Assembly: GCF_009914755.1 (NCBI RefSeq)
Contig: NC_060929.1
DNA: 64,000 nucleotides
Reading direction: 5' to 3' (one strand)
Source of the DNA: the human T2T-CHM13v2.0 reference genome, Homo sapiens
Shown in pieces: positions 16,331 to 32,748 of the stretch. Numbering within the stretch: the stretch's first letter is position 1; each line of letters starts with the position of its first letter. The position numbers and the translations under genes are program-made. The notes beneath the pieces were generated by a model. The model had not been told where the DNA came from, did no database searches, and saw only the letters and a list, made by a program, of their open reading frames with translations.

Positions 16331-18880
16331 TGGTGGCCATTGTTAAGCCTCCAGAACCTATACCTTTAAAATGGTTAACAGATAAGCCAATTTGGATAGA
16401 ACAATGGCTGCCAAGTAAAGAGAAACTGGAGGCTTTAGAGAAATTAGTTACCGAACAATTAGAAAATGGGCACATAGCTCCAATATTTTCCCCTTGGAAT
16501 TCTCCAGTTTTCATAATTAAGAAAAAATCAGGCAAATGGAGAATGTTATCTGACTTAAGAGCTATCAATTCAGTTATACAACCTATGGGGGCATTACAGC
16601 CAGGATTGCCTTCTTCTGCTATAATTCCAAAAAATTAGCCTTTAATAGTCATAGATTTAAAAGACTGTTTCTTTACTATCCCTTTAGCTGAGCAAGACTG
16701 TGAACGGTTTGCATTTACAATTCCTGCAGTAAACAACCTGCAGCCTTCTAAGTGTTATCATTGGAAAGTGTTGCCACAGAGCATGTTAAACAGTCCCACA
16801 ATTTGCCAGACATATGTGGGGCAAGCAATTGAACCTACTTGTAAAAAATTTTCAGTGTTACATTATTCACTATATGGATGATATACTTTGTGCTGCCCCC
16901 ACTCGAGAAATATTACTCCAGTGTTATGATCACTTGCAAAATTCAATTTCTCTTGCTGGTTTAATTATAGCTCCTGACAAAATTCAGACTACTACTCCTT
17001 ACTCCTACTTGAGGAACTTAGTAAATGACACTACCATTGTGCCACAGAAAGTAACTATACATAGGGATCAACTAAAAACATTAAATGACTTTCAGAAATT
17101 ACTAGGGGACATTAATTGGATACGACCTGCTCTAGGCATTCCTACCTATACCATGAGTGATCTGTTTTCTATGCTTAGAGGAAATCCTAGTCTTACTAGC
17201 CCTTGCCAACTAACAAAGGAGGCTGAGGTTGAGTTTCAGCTGATTGAAAAGCAAGTCCATAAGGCTCAAATAAATAGAATAGATCCAGACAAGACTCTAG
17301 ATTTGCTAATTTTTTCAACTCAGCATTCACCTACTGGTGTTATTGTCCAAGAACAGGACTTAGTAGAGTGGCTTTTTCTTCCACATACTAATTCATGGAC
17401 TCTAACTCCTTATTTAGATCAAATCACTACTATGATAGGGATTGGGAGAACTCAGATTGTTAAATTACATGGATATGATCCTGGAAAAATTATTGTCCCT
17501 CTCATGAAGGCACAAATACAGCAAGCTTTTATAAATAGTCTTACTTGGTAAACCAATTTAGCTGACTTTGTGGGTATTCTCGATAATCATTTTCCTAAAA
17601 TGAAGCTGTTTCCATTTTTGAAATTAACTAATTGGATTCTCCCTAAAATATCTAAATTTAAACCAATTGAAGCTGCTGAGAATGTCTTTACAGATCAATC
17701 TAGTAATGGTAAAGCTTCTTATTTTGGCTCAAAAAGTAAAGTTTTCCAGACATCCTATACTTCAGCTCAAAAAGCGGAGCTTGTAGCGGTAATTGAAGTA
17801 TTGACTTCTTTTGATATGCCTATTAATGTGATTTCTGATTTTTCATACGTGGTTCAATCCACACAGTTAATTGAAAATGCTCAGTTATGATTTCATACAG
17901 ATGAACAACTGATGACTTTATCTACTCAATTGCAAACAGCAGTTAGAAGTAGAATGCACCCTTTTTACATCATGCACATTAGGGCTCATACATCTCTTCC
18001 AGGACCTTTGACTGAAGGTAATCAAAAGGCTGATCACCTAGTTGCTAATGCAATATCTAATGCTAGACACTTTCACAATTTAACCCATGTTAATGCTTCT
18101 GGTCTCAAACGCAGATACAGCATTACCTGGAAAGAAGCTAAAGCTATTATCCAGTGATGCCCAACTTGCCAAATGGTACATTCCTCATCTTTTACAGGAG
18201 GAGTTAACCCTTGAGGATTGGAATCTAACTCTCTTTGGCAAATGGATGTCACACATGTTCCCTCATTTGGGAGACTAGCTTATGTACATGTATGTGTGGA
18301 CACCTTTTCTCACTTTGTCTGGGCTACATGCCAAACAGGAGAGTCTTATGCCTGTGGTAAACGTCACCTTTTGCAGTGTTTTGTGGTGATGGACATTCCA
18401 GCTTCTATTAAAACAGATAATGCCCCAGGCTATACTAGCCAAGCTCTAGCTACGTTTTTCTCTATGTGGAATATTAAACACATTACTGGTATCCCATACA
18501 ATTCTCAAGGACAAGCCATAGTGGAAAGAATGAATCTCTCCCTAAAACAGCAGTTGCAAAAGCAGAAAGGGGGAGACAGAATATGGAACCCCACAGATGC
18601 AACTGAACCTAGCGTTATTAACTTTAAATTTTTAGAGCCTGCCCAAAGGCCAGATGTTATCAGCAGCTGAACAGCATCTACAGAAACCAGTTGCAAAGAC
18701 AGAAGCAGAACAACTGATTTGGCAGAGAGATCCAATAACAAAAAATTGGGAAATAAGTAAAATAATAACTTGGGGTAGAGGTTATGCTTGTATTTCTCCA
18801 GGCCAAAATCAACAGCCAATTTGGATACCATCAAGACATCTGAAACCTTTTCATGAGCCAGATGCTGAGGAAGAGATTCC
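16327..18880 (+). pseudogene. pol: HML-3 pol (RT, RNase H, integrase), disrupted
   Basis: [42 protein letters not shown]; broken into several ORFs. Confidence 0.93.
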
Positions 18881-19256
18881 GGGAGGATCCCGAGGAACCC
18901 CCGGTTGCAGTAATGTTGAGACTGAAGCTGAGGAGGACCCCAACTGTCACAAGCAACACCCGTCCAACACAGCCACCCACCTGGGGACAGATCAAGAAGC
19001 TGTCACAGATGGCAGAAGAAAATCTGAGGAAAGCAGGACAACCAGTCACAACAAGTAATTTAATGATAGCTATGATAGCAGTTATCACCACTGCCATGAG
19101 TATTCCTTCAACAAGGGCTGAAACAGAGAACAAATATACTTATTGGGCATATTTATCAATCTTGGCTGGCAAAAATGCCTGGATATAATCACTTTATGAT
19201 ACAGTTACATATGCTTTCTGATCTCAGTATTTACCATGATAAATCTGCTCCTATAA

Positions 19257-22216
<2,960 letters not shown>

Positions 22217-22369
22217 AATCTGCTCCTATAATTGAGGCATACTGCCCTCAAAAACCTATTTGTAAACAAGATTGGACCCAGTTAGAAAAAATGAATGTAC
22301 TTGTTTAGGAAGATTGCATTGCAGAACAGGCAGAGGTGCTGCACAACGATTCCTATGGAATTATTATTA

Positions 22370-22536
22370 ATAAGGGATACTATTAGTTAATTGAATGTCA
22401 ATAGAAACAATGCTAATGACTGGCTTGCTGTTAATAAATATGTGGGTAAATCTCTGTTTGGGGCTCTGAGCTCTGAAGGCTGTGAGACCCCTGATTTCCC
22501 ACTTCACACCTCTATATTTCTGTGTGTGTCTTTAAT
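22370..22536 (+). repeat. 167-bp exact duplicate of 3' LTR segment 23290-23456
   Basis: Base-by-base identity at an offset of 920 bp; includes AATAAA at 22433-22438. Confidence 0.95.
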
Positions 22537-22980
22537 CCCCTCATGGGATGTTTAGCTTGAATTGCACCTCTCAGTCTGCATGCCATTGCCACACTATGTT
22601 CAGATGATCTGCTCAAAATGGTCAGATGGTAGAAATGATAAGAAGTATGGCAAAAGTTCCTCTTATCTGGAACCATGGTGGTGTAGTGGCACCTCAACCT
22701 CAAATGATATGGCCCACTCTAGGAGCTTAACATAAGGATTTAAAATTAAAAGAACAAATATTTAAAGCATCCCAGGCACACCCGGCCTTAATGCCAGGAA
22801 CTGGATTGTGTAAAGGAGCTGAAAATGGATAAAAACACTTGGAAGCTCTGTGATTTCAATGACGATTGTGCTTTTAATCTGTGTTGTTTGTCTTAGTATA
22901 GTCTACAGATGTGGATCCTGACTCCTGTAAGAAGTAGCTCACCATGACAAAGCTGCCTTTGCTTTTATCGATTTGCAAAT

Positions 22981-22993
22981 AAGAGAAGGGGAA
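22981..22993 (+). promoter_or_regulatory. Polypurine tract
   Basis: aagagaaggggaa immediately upstream of the 3' LTR. Confidence 0.85.
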
Positions 22994-22995
22994 CA

Positions 22996-23506
22996 TGTTG
23001 GGAGCAGGCCCCCCAAAATCTGGCTATAAACTGGCCTCAAAACTGGCCATAAACAAAATCTCTGCAGCACTGTAACATGTTCATAATGGCCCTAACACCC
23101 AAGCTGGAAGGTTGTGGGTTTACAGGAATGAGGGCAAGGAACACCTGGCCCACCCAGGGCAGAAAACTGCTTAAAGGCATTCTTAAGCCACAAACAATAG
23201 CATGAGTGATCTGTGCCTTAAGGACATGCTCCTGCTGCAGTTAACTAGCCCAACCTATTCCTTTAATTCGGCCCATCCCTTCATTTCCCATAAGGGATAC
23301 TATTAGTTAATTGAATGTCAATAGAAACAATGCTAATGACTGGCTTGCTGTTAATAAATATGTGGGTAAATCTCTGTTTGGGGCTCTGAGCTCTGAAGGC
23401 TGTGAGACCCCTGATTTCCCACTTCACACCTCTATATTTCTGTGTGTGTCTTTAATTCCTCTAGCACTGCTGGTTTAGGGTCTCCACAACCGAGCTGGTC
23501 TTGGTG
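22996..23506 (+). repeat. 3' LTR (MER9a-like)
   Basis: Direct repeat of 13459-13971. Confidence 0.95.
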
Positions 23507-23512
23507 ATAACC

Positions 23513-23737
23513 AAAACAGCCTGGTGTTACTACCAGAATAGATACATAGACCAATGGAACAGAATGCAGAACCCAGAAATAAGACCTCACACCTACAACT
23601 GTCTGATCTTTGACAAACCTGACAAAAACAAGCAATGGGGTTAAGGATTCCCTATTCAATAAATGGTGCTGAGATCACTGGCTGGCCATATGCAGAAGAT
23701 TAAAGCTGAACCCCTTTCTTACATCATATACAAAATA
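23513..23737 (+). mobile_element. Continuation of the outer L1PA-like ORF2
   Basis: Resumes aaaacagc...gaccaatggaacagaat exactly where 13458 left off. Confidence 0.85.
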
Positions 23738-23739
23738 AT

Positions 23740-24432
23740 TAAGGTAGACTCCTACCTCACACCACATACAAAAATGAATTCAAAATAGACAAACAACCTA
23801 AATGTAGGAGTTAAAACTATAAAACTCTTAGAAAAAAAGGAGTAAATCTTCATAACCTTGGATTTAGTAATGGATTCTTAGATATGTCACCAGAAGCTAA
23901 GCAACAAAAGAAAAAATAGAATAAGTTTGTCTCTACCAAAATTAAAAACTTTTGTGCATCACAGAACAGTTTAAGTGAAAATACAACACACAGAATGAAA
24001 GAAAATATTTGCAAACCATATATTTGATATTCATGACACTAAAAATGTAGAAACAGTGTAAATGTCCATCAACCAATGAATGTGCAAATTTTGATATGTA
24101 TTTAAAATGAGATGTCATTCAGTCATTAAAAAGAATAAAGTACTGATATATGCTGCAAGGTAGGTGAGCTTCAAAACATTAGGTTAAGTGAAAGATTCTG
24201 GCTCAAAAGATCACATATTGTATGAATCCATTTATATGAAGTATCTAGAATAGATAAATCCAGAGGTAGAATGCATTTTGGTCATTATTAGGAACTGAGG
24301 GGAGTTTTACTTTGGGTTGATGGAAATGTTTTGAAACTACATAGAGGTGCTTATACAACACTGTAAATGTATTAATTGTCTATTGTTCACTATGAAATGC
24401 TTTTACGTGAATTTTACCTTGAAAAATTATTA
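23740..24432 (+). mobile_element. L1MB-like 3' end
   Basis: Older ORF2 end and 3'UTR (ggttaagtgaaagattc...tgatggaaatgttttgaaact...tgaattttacctt). Confidence 0.8.
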
Positions 24433-25375
24433 AACAGACAAGCATGATAAAAGCAGAGCTCTTAAGGAGATTCCAATACATCATAGTAATTTTATTTTCC
24501 CAAAATTGAAATCAAGAAAAAAAATTCAAAGATTTTTAAAATTATAAATTGGTAAATGAGTTGACTGAGACAGTGGTTTCCATTAAGAGACTGATAGTGA
24601 TCTTGAAGTTGAAATGGAAATAATATCTCAAAACACAGAGTAGAAATTCCAAAGTACAGAAGTCATGAGGGGAAAAAAGGGGGACTAGGAGGAACAATCA
24701 AGAAGACCCACTAGGAGGTCCAGAAGAATAAAAAGTACCAAGTGGAAGAGAATCAATAACTAATAAATGCTAGAAAAAACTTAAACCAAAAAAGTCTAAA
24801 TTTTCCTTTTGAAAATTCAGTTTCCAGGCAGAACTTAAAGAAGACATATATAAGTAAAATTTCCAACTCTGAAGATAAAGAGAAAATTATGCAAGTTTCC
24901 AAACAGAAATTTTATAGAAGGAAAACCAAACTGACATTAAACCTTTTATTTGTGAGAGTGAATACTAGAAACATCAACTATTACAGGGAGAAGAGAGCTG
25001 CCACCTGAGTATCCTATATACAATCCACATATTGCTTACTTAAAGTAAACAGGTATTTGCAAATGTGCAAGGATTCAGAGAGTATGCTTTTAGTATACCC
25101 TCTCTAAAGAAAATATGCAGGTTCTAACCAACAAATGAATCAGAACAGACTTCAAAATAGGGGAAGATGAGATGAGAAAAAGTGATGAGCAAAATCTATA
25201 TATGTATGTATGTGTGTGTATGTATATGGTATATACATACAACATAAATTATTATGTATAAAAATTTATATTATACATTTACATGTATGCTATGTGAAAT
25301 TATATTTAAGTGGTTAATAAGAGGATGACTGGCAATGTGTAATCTAAGTGTTAAAAACCAACTCTTAAAACAGAA

Positions 25376-25702
25376 GGCTGGGTGCAGTGGCTCACACATG
25401 TAATCCCAGCACTTTGGGAGGCTGAAATGGGTGGATCACCTGAAGTCAGGAGTTGAATACCAGCCTGGCCAAGATGGAGAAACCCTGTCTCTACTAAAAA
25501 TACAAAAATTAACTGGGTGTGGTGGTGCATGCCTGTAATCCTAGCTACTTGGGAGGGTGAGGCATGATAATGGCTTGAACTGAGGAGAGGTAGAGGTTGC
25601 AGTGAGCTGAGATCATGCCGCTGCACTCTAGCCTGGGTGACAGAGCGAGACTCTATCTCAAAATAAAAAGAAAAAAGAAAAGAAAAAGAGAAAGAAAAGA
25701 AA
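25376..25702 (+). mobile_element. AluS element
   Basis: Dimeric Alu with a GAAA-type tail. Confidence 0.95.
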
Positions 25703-27371
25703 ATATACATTGTATGAAAAAAATTTTGTAATTTTTGGAAATTAAAATACTAAATTATCTCAGCAAAGTTTAACAGTTGAGATAAGGCTGGGAAAGAGGA
25801 AGAGGCTGAGAAGTAAAAGCCATCAAAGTTCTCAAAGGGAGTGAAGAGAGTGAGAAGTGAGAACACTGACTCTAAAATCATGCCATATTACACAGAAAAG
25901 GAAATAGCAACAATGGTGATGAAAATACGTTACGTCTTGTTTTCTTACAATAGTAGAAAAATATGTGTTTGACTGTCAAGGAAAGACAAGTAACCACTTG
26001 TAGAGTAAGAAAATACAGTAGAACTTCCATATTAAAAGAGGGAACAAAGGGAATGAATAGAAACTAGGGAAAAAACAGCAAAAATTAAGAACAAGAAGTA
26101 AAAAAAAGTAATACAGTAATATATGTTATATGAAATATCAAGAAGCTGTATAACATTATTTAAAGCAGAAACTATCAGACTGAGTTAAACATGAAATCCA
26201 TTCCATACTGTTTAAAACAAACACGCTTAAAACATGAAGAAAGGCTGAAAATAAAAGAATGGGTAAAAAAGACAAGGCTAACAGTAATTTTCAGAAAGCA
26301 TACTGGCAATATTAACATCAAAGAGGGTAGAATTTAACATTACAAGCATTAAGGAAGAGAAAGATACATAAGGAAGTGATTTTAAAAGTTCAGCTTAAGA
26401 GTCATCAAACTATGATTAGTCAATATAGCTATCATGTATAGTAAGCAAAAACTAAATTTTAGAAAAGAGATAAATCAAAAGTGATAATTTGATTAAAATA
26501 CCATTGTTAAGGAAAATAATGCACTTCAACATTTCTAAATAATAAGGTTCTAGTAGATATCATAGTAATTAAGATTACAGTGGAATTTATCAATATACTC
26601 AATAACTTGATTTTATGTGTGCATATAAATTTGTACTACTTGAATAGAGAATACACTGTTTTGTATGTCTCCTAAACATTCACAGAATTTGATCATGTTC
26701 TTGATCAGAAAGCAATACTTCAAGATGGTAGGAATATTATATATAGGTCTCAGTTGCTGATCAAAATAAAATAAAATTAGAAATCAATACACTTTAAAAT
26801 GACTAAAAAACTTAACTACATGGAAAGTAGTTAATACTCTTACATAAAATCTTTGGATCCAAAAGGAAATCAAAAGTGATATTATAAATTATCTTGAAAT
26901 TAAGAAGAGAAGAAGCCATATCAAAATCAATGCAACCCAGTGAAAGATGAACTTAAAGAAAACTTTTTAGCCTTAAAAAGCGTAATTATTAAAGCAGAAA
27001 TAATAAAATAATGGAAACTACTACTCATCATAAGGCATTAGGCAAAAAAGCAAAGTTTTCTAGGGGAAACTAATAAAAGCAAAAGTTGACTTTAAAGAAT
27101 AGAAAACAACTATAAAATTAAAGCAAGGATGAATAAAAAATATTGTAAGATATAATACATATTTACAAGATATTAAAATGGTAAAAAAAAGTGTGCAATT
27201 CTGTTGTAAAACATTTGAAATTCTAGTATGTATGTATGTATGTATGTGTCTCTCTCTTTCTCTCTAAGACGGATCCAAACAGAAGTAACTAATAAATCAG
27301 TAACTACAGAAGATCCTGGAAAAGTGATTAAGACCTGCCACTACAAAACATACCGGTACTAAATACTCCAC

Positions 27372-27821
27372 TTTTAGCAGTGGCGAATCCGTATGGGTCT
27401 GCACAATCTCAATTCTTGCTTCCTCACAAGAAAGAATTTGACTGAGGCGCATAGGGCAGAAGGAGCCACCGAGGCAAGTTTTAGAGCAGGAGTGAAATTT
27501 ATTACGTCAGCAAACTTCTGGGGTATTGCATCACTTCCCTCTTGATTCTTGCCTTGGGGTGGGCTGTCGACACTCACATGGTTGAGCCTATTTACCCAGC
27601 TTTTGAGATCTTATCAGGAAGCTGCTGATCATCAGTTTCAGGTGTTTTGTATCTATTAGGAGACGGCTTTTCTCTGGCACCAGCTGTGACCAATTATTCT
27701 TTTAGAGAGACAGTTAATAACCGTCTGACCATCACCTGATGGTCACCTGACATTCCTGATGTGTGTGTATGTAAAGCCCTCTTCTGCCCTGCTTGTGCCT
27801 AACTAGCTACCCACTGTAACA
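27372..27821 (-). mobile_element. ERV1 solo LTR (MER50-like), internally deleted
   Basis: Reverse complement begins tgttacagtgggtagctag...caggaatgtcaggtgaccatcaggtgatgg; ccac/ctac possible TSD. Confidence 0.75.
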
Positions 27822-28475
27822 CTACCACTAAATTCTATCTTACCTTTAAATAATAGGTATCAAAATACTCTTTAAACTTTCTATTTCATTTTATAAATAA
27901 AGCATTAAACTTAATAATAAAACCTGAAAATGACGGTAAAGAAAAACTACAGAAAAAAAATCATATCAGGAAAGTGTAACAAAATAAATTAACTCATGAA
28001 CAAATTAAAGGAAAGGGAATTAAGGGAAAAAAATTATCATAAGAGATGCTGGAAAGGCATTTGATAAAATTCAGCAGCTATACCTAATTTTAAAAAGCCC
28101 TAAGAAAAATAAAAATGTAAGTGTGAGAAATTGTGGTAGAAACAAAGATTTGTTTTTGTGTTTAGATTCAGAAAAGCGACTGCATACTTTTAGTACCGGT
28201 TTGATATCAGCAGCTGCAGGGACACAAGCTAACATAAATGTTTTTTTCTCAACTCAGTTAAGGAATCACGAAAGGAAAAAAGGAAAAATTCCTCCAAAGT
28301 AAGGATGGCATGTACAATTCAAGTGACTATTTACATAATATGTTTCATGAACTAATGATACTCCTGAATAGCAGGTTTTAGGATTACATGGCATTCTTTA
28401 AAACACTTTTTTTCAAGTTTCAGATTTCATAAAAGACTTGATGTTAAGGTAATGATATTCTCTGTTGTAAAATAA

Positions 28476-28832
<357 letters not shown>

Positions 28833-28849
28833 TAGTGTTAAGGGCCATG

Positions 28850-29788
28850 CAGGGCCAGCTTCATGGGCAGAAGACTAGTGTAGTTATACAGGGTCCCGTG
28901 CTCAGAAGGGCCCCAAGCTTGAGGTTGAATGGTCTGCAGTCACTGTCTTGACAATTATAATAATTTTTCTTTGAATTTCTATTTTAAAAGTGAAGTCCAG
29001 TGGGATAATGGAGTATGCATGGTGGTGAGAGGAAGAGGAGAACTTGGAGCCTGGGTCACATGTAGTCCCTGCCTCCTACCACCTCTCTGCCTCCTTGGAT
29101 GGATTCTCAGCTGCCTGCTCTCTGACTCCCAGCTCTCCAGACCCTGCCTGTTTTCCAGCTCTCTGTTCTCCATCAGAGACTGCTACAACCCTCTCTTTGG
29201 CATGGGTTTAGGAACCAGACAAGAAGGGCTGGGACTGGATACCTGAGCCCCATGGCATCTTGGGGCAGGGCTTGGCAGCTGGTTGGCAATATCATAGTGC
29301 TTTTGGGCACATGACTCCTGGAAGCAAGCTTTTTTCCACCCCATCCAGTTTTGAGTTAGATCTGTTAGAGGCAAGGGTTGCAATCCTCAGGTTCATTCAT
29401 CTGCGATTGATTAGAGCAGCAGCCTTACGGTAAAGGGAGATTCCTAGCTTTACTTCCCTTCTCCTAAGGAAGGAGGATATGAAGCCTCTGTCTGGCTGCT
29501 GGCCAGCTGGGGGACTTGGCAGCTGTTGGGCTCCAAGATAGGCCAAATCACAGTCCAGTTCCTGAGTGCCTGGTGAATGTCTATACTTGCCCAAGAACAT
29601 TGCCATGCTCCAGAGAGTGTGAAATTAAAGAGCAAATTAAAAACTACAACAGGCCAAGAAAGAAAAAGTTGTAGAAGGAAAATGTTTTTAGTTTAGTACC
29701 ATTAGTGGTACATTTTTCTTGCATTTTGAACAAAGAACCCCATATTTCCATTTTGCACTTGGCCCTACAAATTATGTGGCTGACGCTG
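28850..29788 (+). mobile_element. MER45-type hAT-Tip100 non-autonomous DNA transposon (about 940 bp)
   Basis: cagggccagcttcatgggc start and ttttgcacttggccctacaaattatgtggctgacgctg end; degenerate terminal inverted repeats. Confidence 0.75.
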
Positions 29789-29850
29789 GTGTTAGGAAAC
29801 ACAATATAGAAGATCTGTAATTTACAAATGTGAACAGAGCATAGTCAATT

Positions 29851-30154
29851 TCTTTTTCTTTCTTTTCTTTTTGAGACAGAGTCTCACTCTGTCATGCAGG
29901 TTGGGGTGCAGTGGCACGATCTCGGCTCACTCCAACCTCTGCCTCCTGGGTTCACGCAATTCTCATGCCTCATCCTCCCTCGCAGCTAGGATGGCACACA
30001 CCACCACACCTGGCTAATTTTTTTTTGTATTTTTAGTAGAGACGGGCTTTCACCATGTTGGCCAGGCTGGTCTCGAACTCCTGGCCTCAAGTGGTCTGCC
30101 TTCCTCGGCCTCCCAAAATGCTGGGATTACATGCATGAGCCACTATGCCCAGCC
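29851..30154 (-). mobile_element. AluS element
   Basis: Dimeric Alu with imperfect agagca.. TSD. Confidence 0.95.
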
Positions 30155-30489
30155 AGAGCAGGGTCGAATCTCATCTTATTTGTTTTAGCGTGATTAGTCA
30201 GATAGTAAGGCTTTATTTTCAAGTTCACAGACTTGTAAAAAATTTATATCTGTCTTTTCAGGATAGAGAAAGACTATGGCAAAGCTTCTGAATAAACAAA
30301 AGTATCCTCAGGTTCATGAGATTGTTTCTTCCTTGTGCAGGGAATCCATATCAGATTGTGATTTATAGTTCTCTACTAATCGAGGCTGCACAAAAGTTTC
30401 AAAGGAGACTTTTTAAATCAGAAAACCAAAGAAACTATACCTAATATGGTAAAAATTATTTCACAAAATCAATAACCGTCGCAGTCAAA

Positions 30490-30721
30490 ATGCAGTCAAA
30501 ACTTTGCAACATGCACAAAATTATTAAAAATATTTCATAAAATTACCTTCAGGCAATATGTATAAGGCATATGTAAAACATAAATGAATGTTATGTTTAG
30601 ACTTGGTTCCATACCCAAGATATCTCATTATGTATATGCAAATATTCTAAAATCAAAAAAAATTCTAAATCTGAAACACTTCTAACCCCAAGCATTTCAG
30701 ATAAGGGAAACTCAGTCTGTA
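30490..30721. mobile_element. TcMar-Tigger non-autonomous element (MER2/MER46/Tigger4-like)
   Basis: Ends aagcatttcagataagggaaactcagtctg|TA, a Tigger-type terminus. Confidence 0.7.
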
Positions 30722-30936
30722 CAATATATATACACACGCATTATTTAATTATATGGACATATATTTACAAGAAGCCAATTTTTAATAATATAATCCATTC
30801 TAAAACTTATAAATGTAATTACAAAACCTTATAAAATTTAGAAAAATACAAGATGTATATGTCAAAATATGGAAGTTTTTTGTTTCTTCCCCATATCACT
30901 GTTAAGAGCTTGATATGTATTCTTCCCAAACTTTTT

Positions 30937-30939
<3 letters not shown>

Positions 30940-30975
<36 letters not shown>

Positions 30976-30980
30976 ACACA
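30940..30980 (+). repeat. (CA)n microsatellite
   Basis: About 20 units with one interruption. Confidence 0.95.
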
Positions 30981-31249
30981 GTTTGTTTTTCCTTAAAGAT
31001 AGGCTAGTATCCTATTCTTTGTAATTGACATTTAACTTTCTTGCCCTACCTTCCAACATATACCTTAACAGTTCCCCATTATAATACTCAAGCAACTGCC
31101 TTACTTTTCTTTGAGTTGTTTCATAAAGTAAATGAGCCATAACTAATTGAATCATTTTCATATTTCTGAGCAAATTGGTGTCTCCAGTTTTTGTGATTAT
31201 GAATATTGTTGTAAAAAAAATTCTGCCTTTAATAACTGTTCTTGCCCTC

Positions 31250-31619
31250 TTGCCAAAGACCACCAGAAAGCAAGTTGGGCTTATTGCTTGTTGCAGTAAT
31301 GGAGACCACACACATCATGAGGAGCCACAGGGCCATCTCACCTAAGAGTGTGTTAGGAAGGACTTATAAAATTTGCGTTGTGGCTAGGTAATTCTGGATA
31401 AGGTTCAAGGAAGTGGTCTTTGTTTGTTTGCTAGTGTTGTTTTGCTTTGCTTTGATCTCATTTCTTCACAGTCACAAAGTGACCCTGTCTGATGTTGGTG
31501 TTCTAGGAGACCATTATGTCCAACAGAACATCTCTACGGGCATCAGACAAGCAACATCAAGGCCTAACTGTAAGTGTCAGGCCAGTTCTTGGATGTCAGG
31601 AGCTGATTTCTCTTTCTCA
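31250..31619 (-). mobile_element. ERVL-class solo LTR (MER73/MER74-like) within an L1ME relic
   Basis: Reverse complement starts tgagaaagagaaatcagctcctgacatccaagaactggcc. Confidence 0.6.
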
Positions 31620-32443
31620 AAATCAATCCTACAGAAATATTAATACAAGTGTCAGGATCAAGGAGTATGTGTATTTTAAATTTTAAAGATATTCCCAAAA
31701 GGCTGTACCAAACGTGTATCCCACCACCAAGGGAGGGGTGATGAAAGGTTAGCTGGGAAGCCCCAGTGGGAAATTTCTTTTAATGAATAACTTCGCTCAG
31801 AGCTGATACATATAGCCATAATCCTTTCATTTCTCTCAGTAAGGAGAAAGTAAGTAGGAGGAAAACAGGAGAGGTCTTTATTACCTAGAACCTTAATCAA
31901 AGCTTTTTATCTCTGTCTTTGGACTCAGGTCAGCATGTCACTAAAACATGCAAAAACAAGAGGAAAGTCTCATGATTTTTTCATATGTTTGTCTTTTATA
32001 TTCTACAAAATGGGGAAGTAAATCTTCTGTTATAAATAATCCTTTAGAAACATATCATTCTATTCAAAGTGGAGCCTCTGCCATTTTTCTGAGGAAAGAG
32101 ACTTGCTGCTTTTATAACTGTCTGACAGTTGGAAGTTTCTTACCATTTATGTTTTTAATTGATGATTTCTTGCTTGATATTTGACAGAGATCAAGCAAGC
32201 AAGTGGGAAGTTGTGTTGTTTTTTTCTGGCAAAGAACAATCAATGGAAAAAGAGCATGAGAATGGCCCTTCAGAGTAGCATAGAGAAGTATCACGTGGCC
32301 ATTAAAAATCCGTGAATGTTAATTTAGCTGAAATAATTCCCATGTCATGTTTTTTGGTAGACAAATTTAACATATTGGCATGCAATATATAAAGGGATAC
32401 CTGGATTCTCAAAGCCCTGGATAGTCAATCAAAAGGAAAAAAA

Positions 32444-32748
32444 GGCTGGGGGCGGTGGCTAACGCCTGTAATCCTAACACTTTGGGAGGCTAAGGCAGGC
32501 AAATCATCTGAGGTCAGGAGTTCGTGACCAGCCTGGCCAACATGGTGAAATCCTGTCTCTACTAAAAATACAAAAATTAGCCGGGCATGGTGGTGCATGC
32601 CTGTAATCCCAGCTACTCTGGAGGCTGAGGCCTCCAGAGGCCTGGAGGAGAATTGCTTGAACCCAGGAAGTGGAGGCTGCAGGGAGGTAAGATCGCACCA
32701 GACTCCACCTCAAAAAAAAAAAAAAAAAAAAGAAAGAAAAAGAAAAGA
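32444..32748 (+). mobile_element. AluS with a palindromic internal insertion and a 3' deletion
   Basis: Alu dimer; extra cctccagaggcctgg at about 32631-32645. Confidence 0.93.

Larger units (their letters stand above)
24550..28110 (+). mobile_element. Very old L1M/L1ME ORF1-ORF2 relics, fragmented by Alu and MER50
   Basis: A-rich degenerate matches to L1 ORF1 and ORF2 (agagatgctggaaaggcatttgataaaattcagc). Confidence 0.55.

Noticed and set aside
14781-18670. Long gag/pol ORFs (220, 245, 150 aa) as functional retroviral genes
   Set aside because: These are fragments separated by stops and frameshifts; the protease catalytic motif is mutated.
30262-30448. Strong acceptor tctgtcttttcAG followed by a short ATG ORF
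   Set aside because: Early stops in all frames from the acceptor and only weak donors; at most a non-coding exon.
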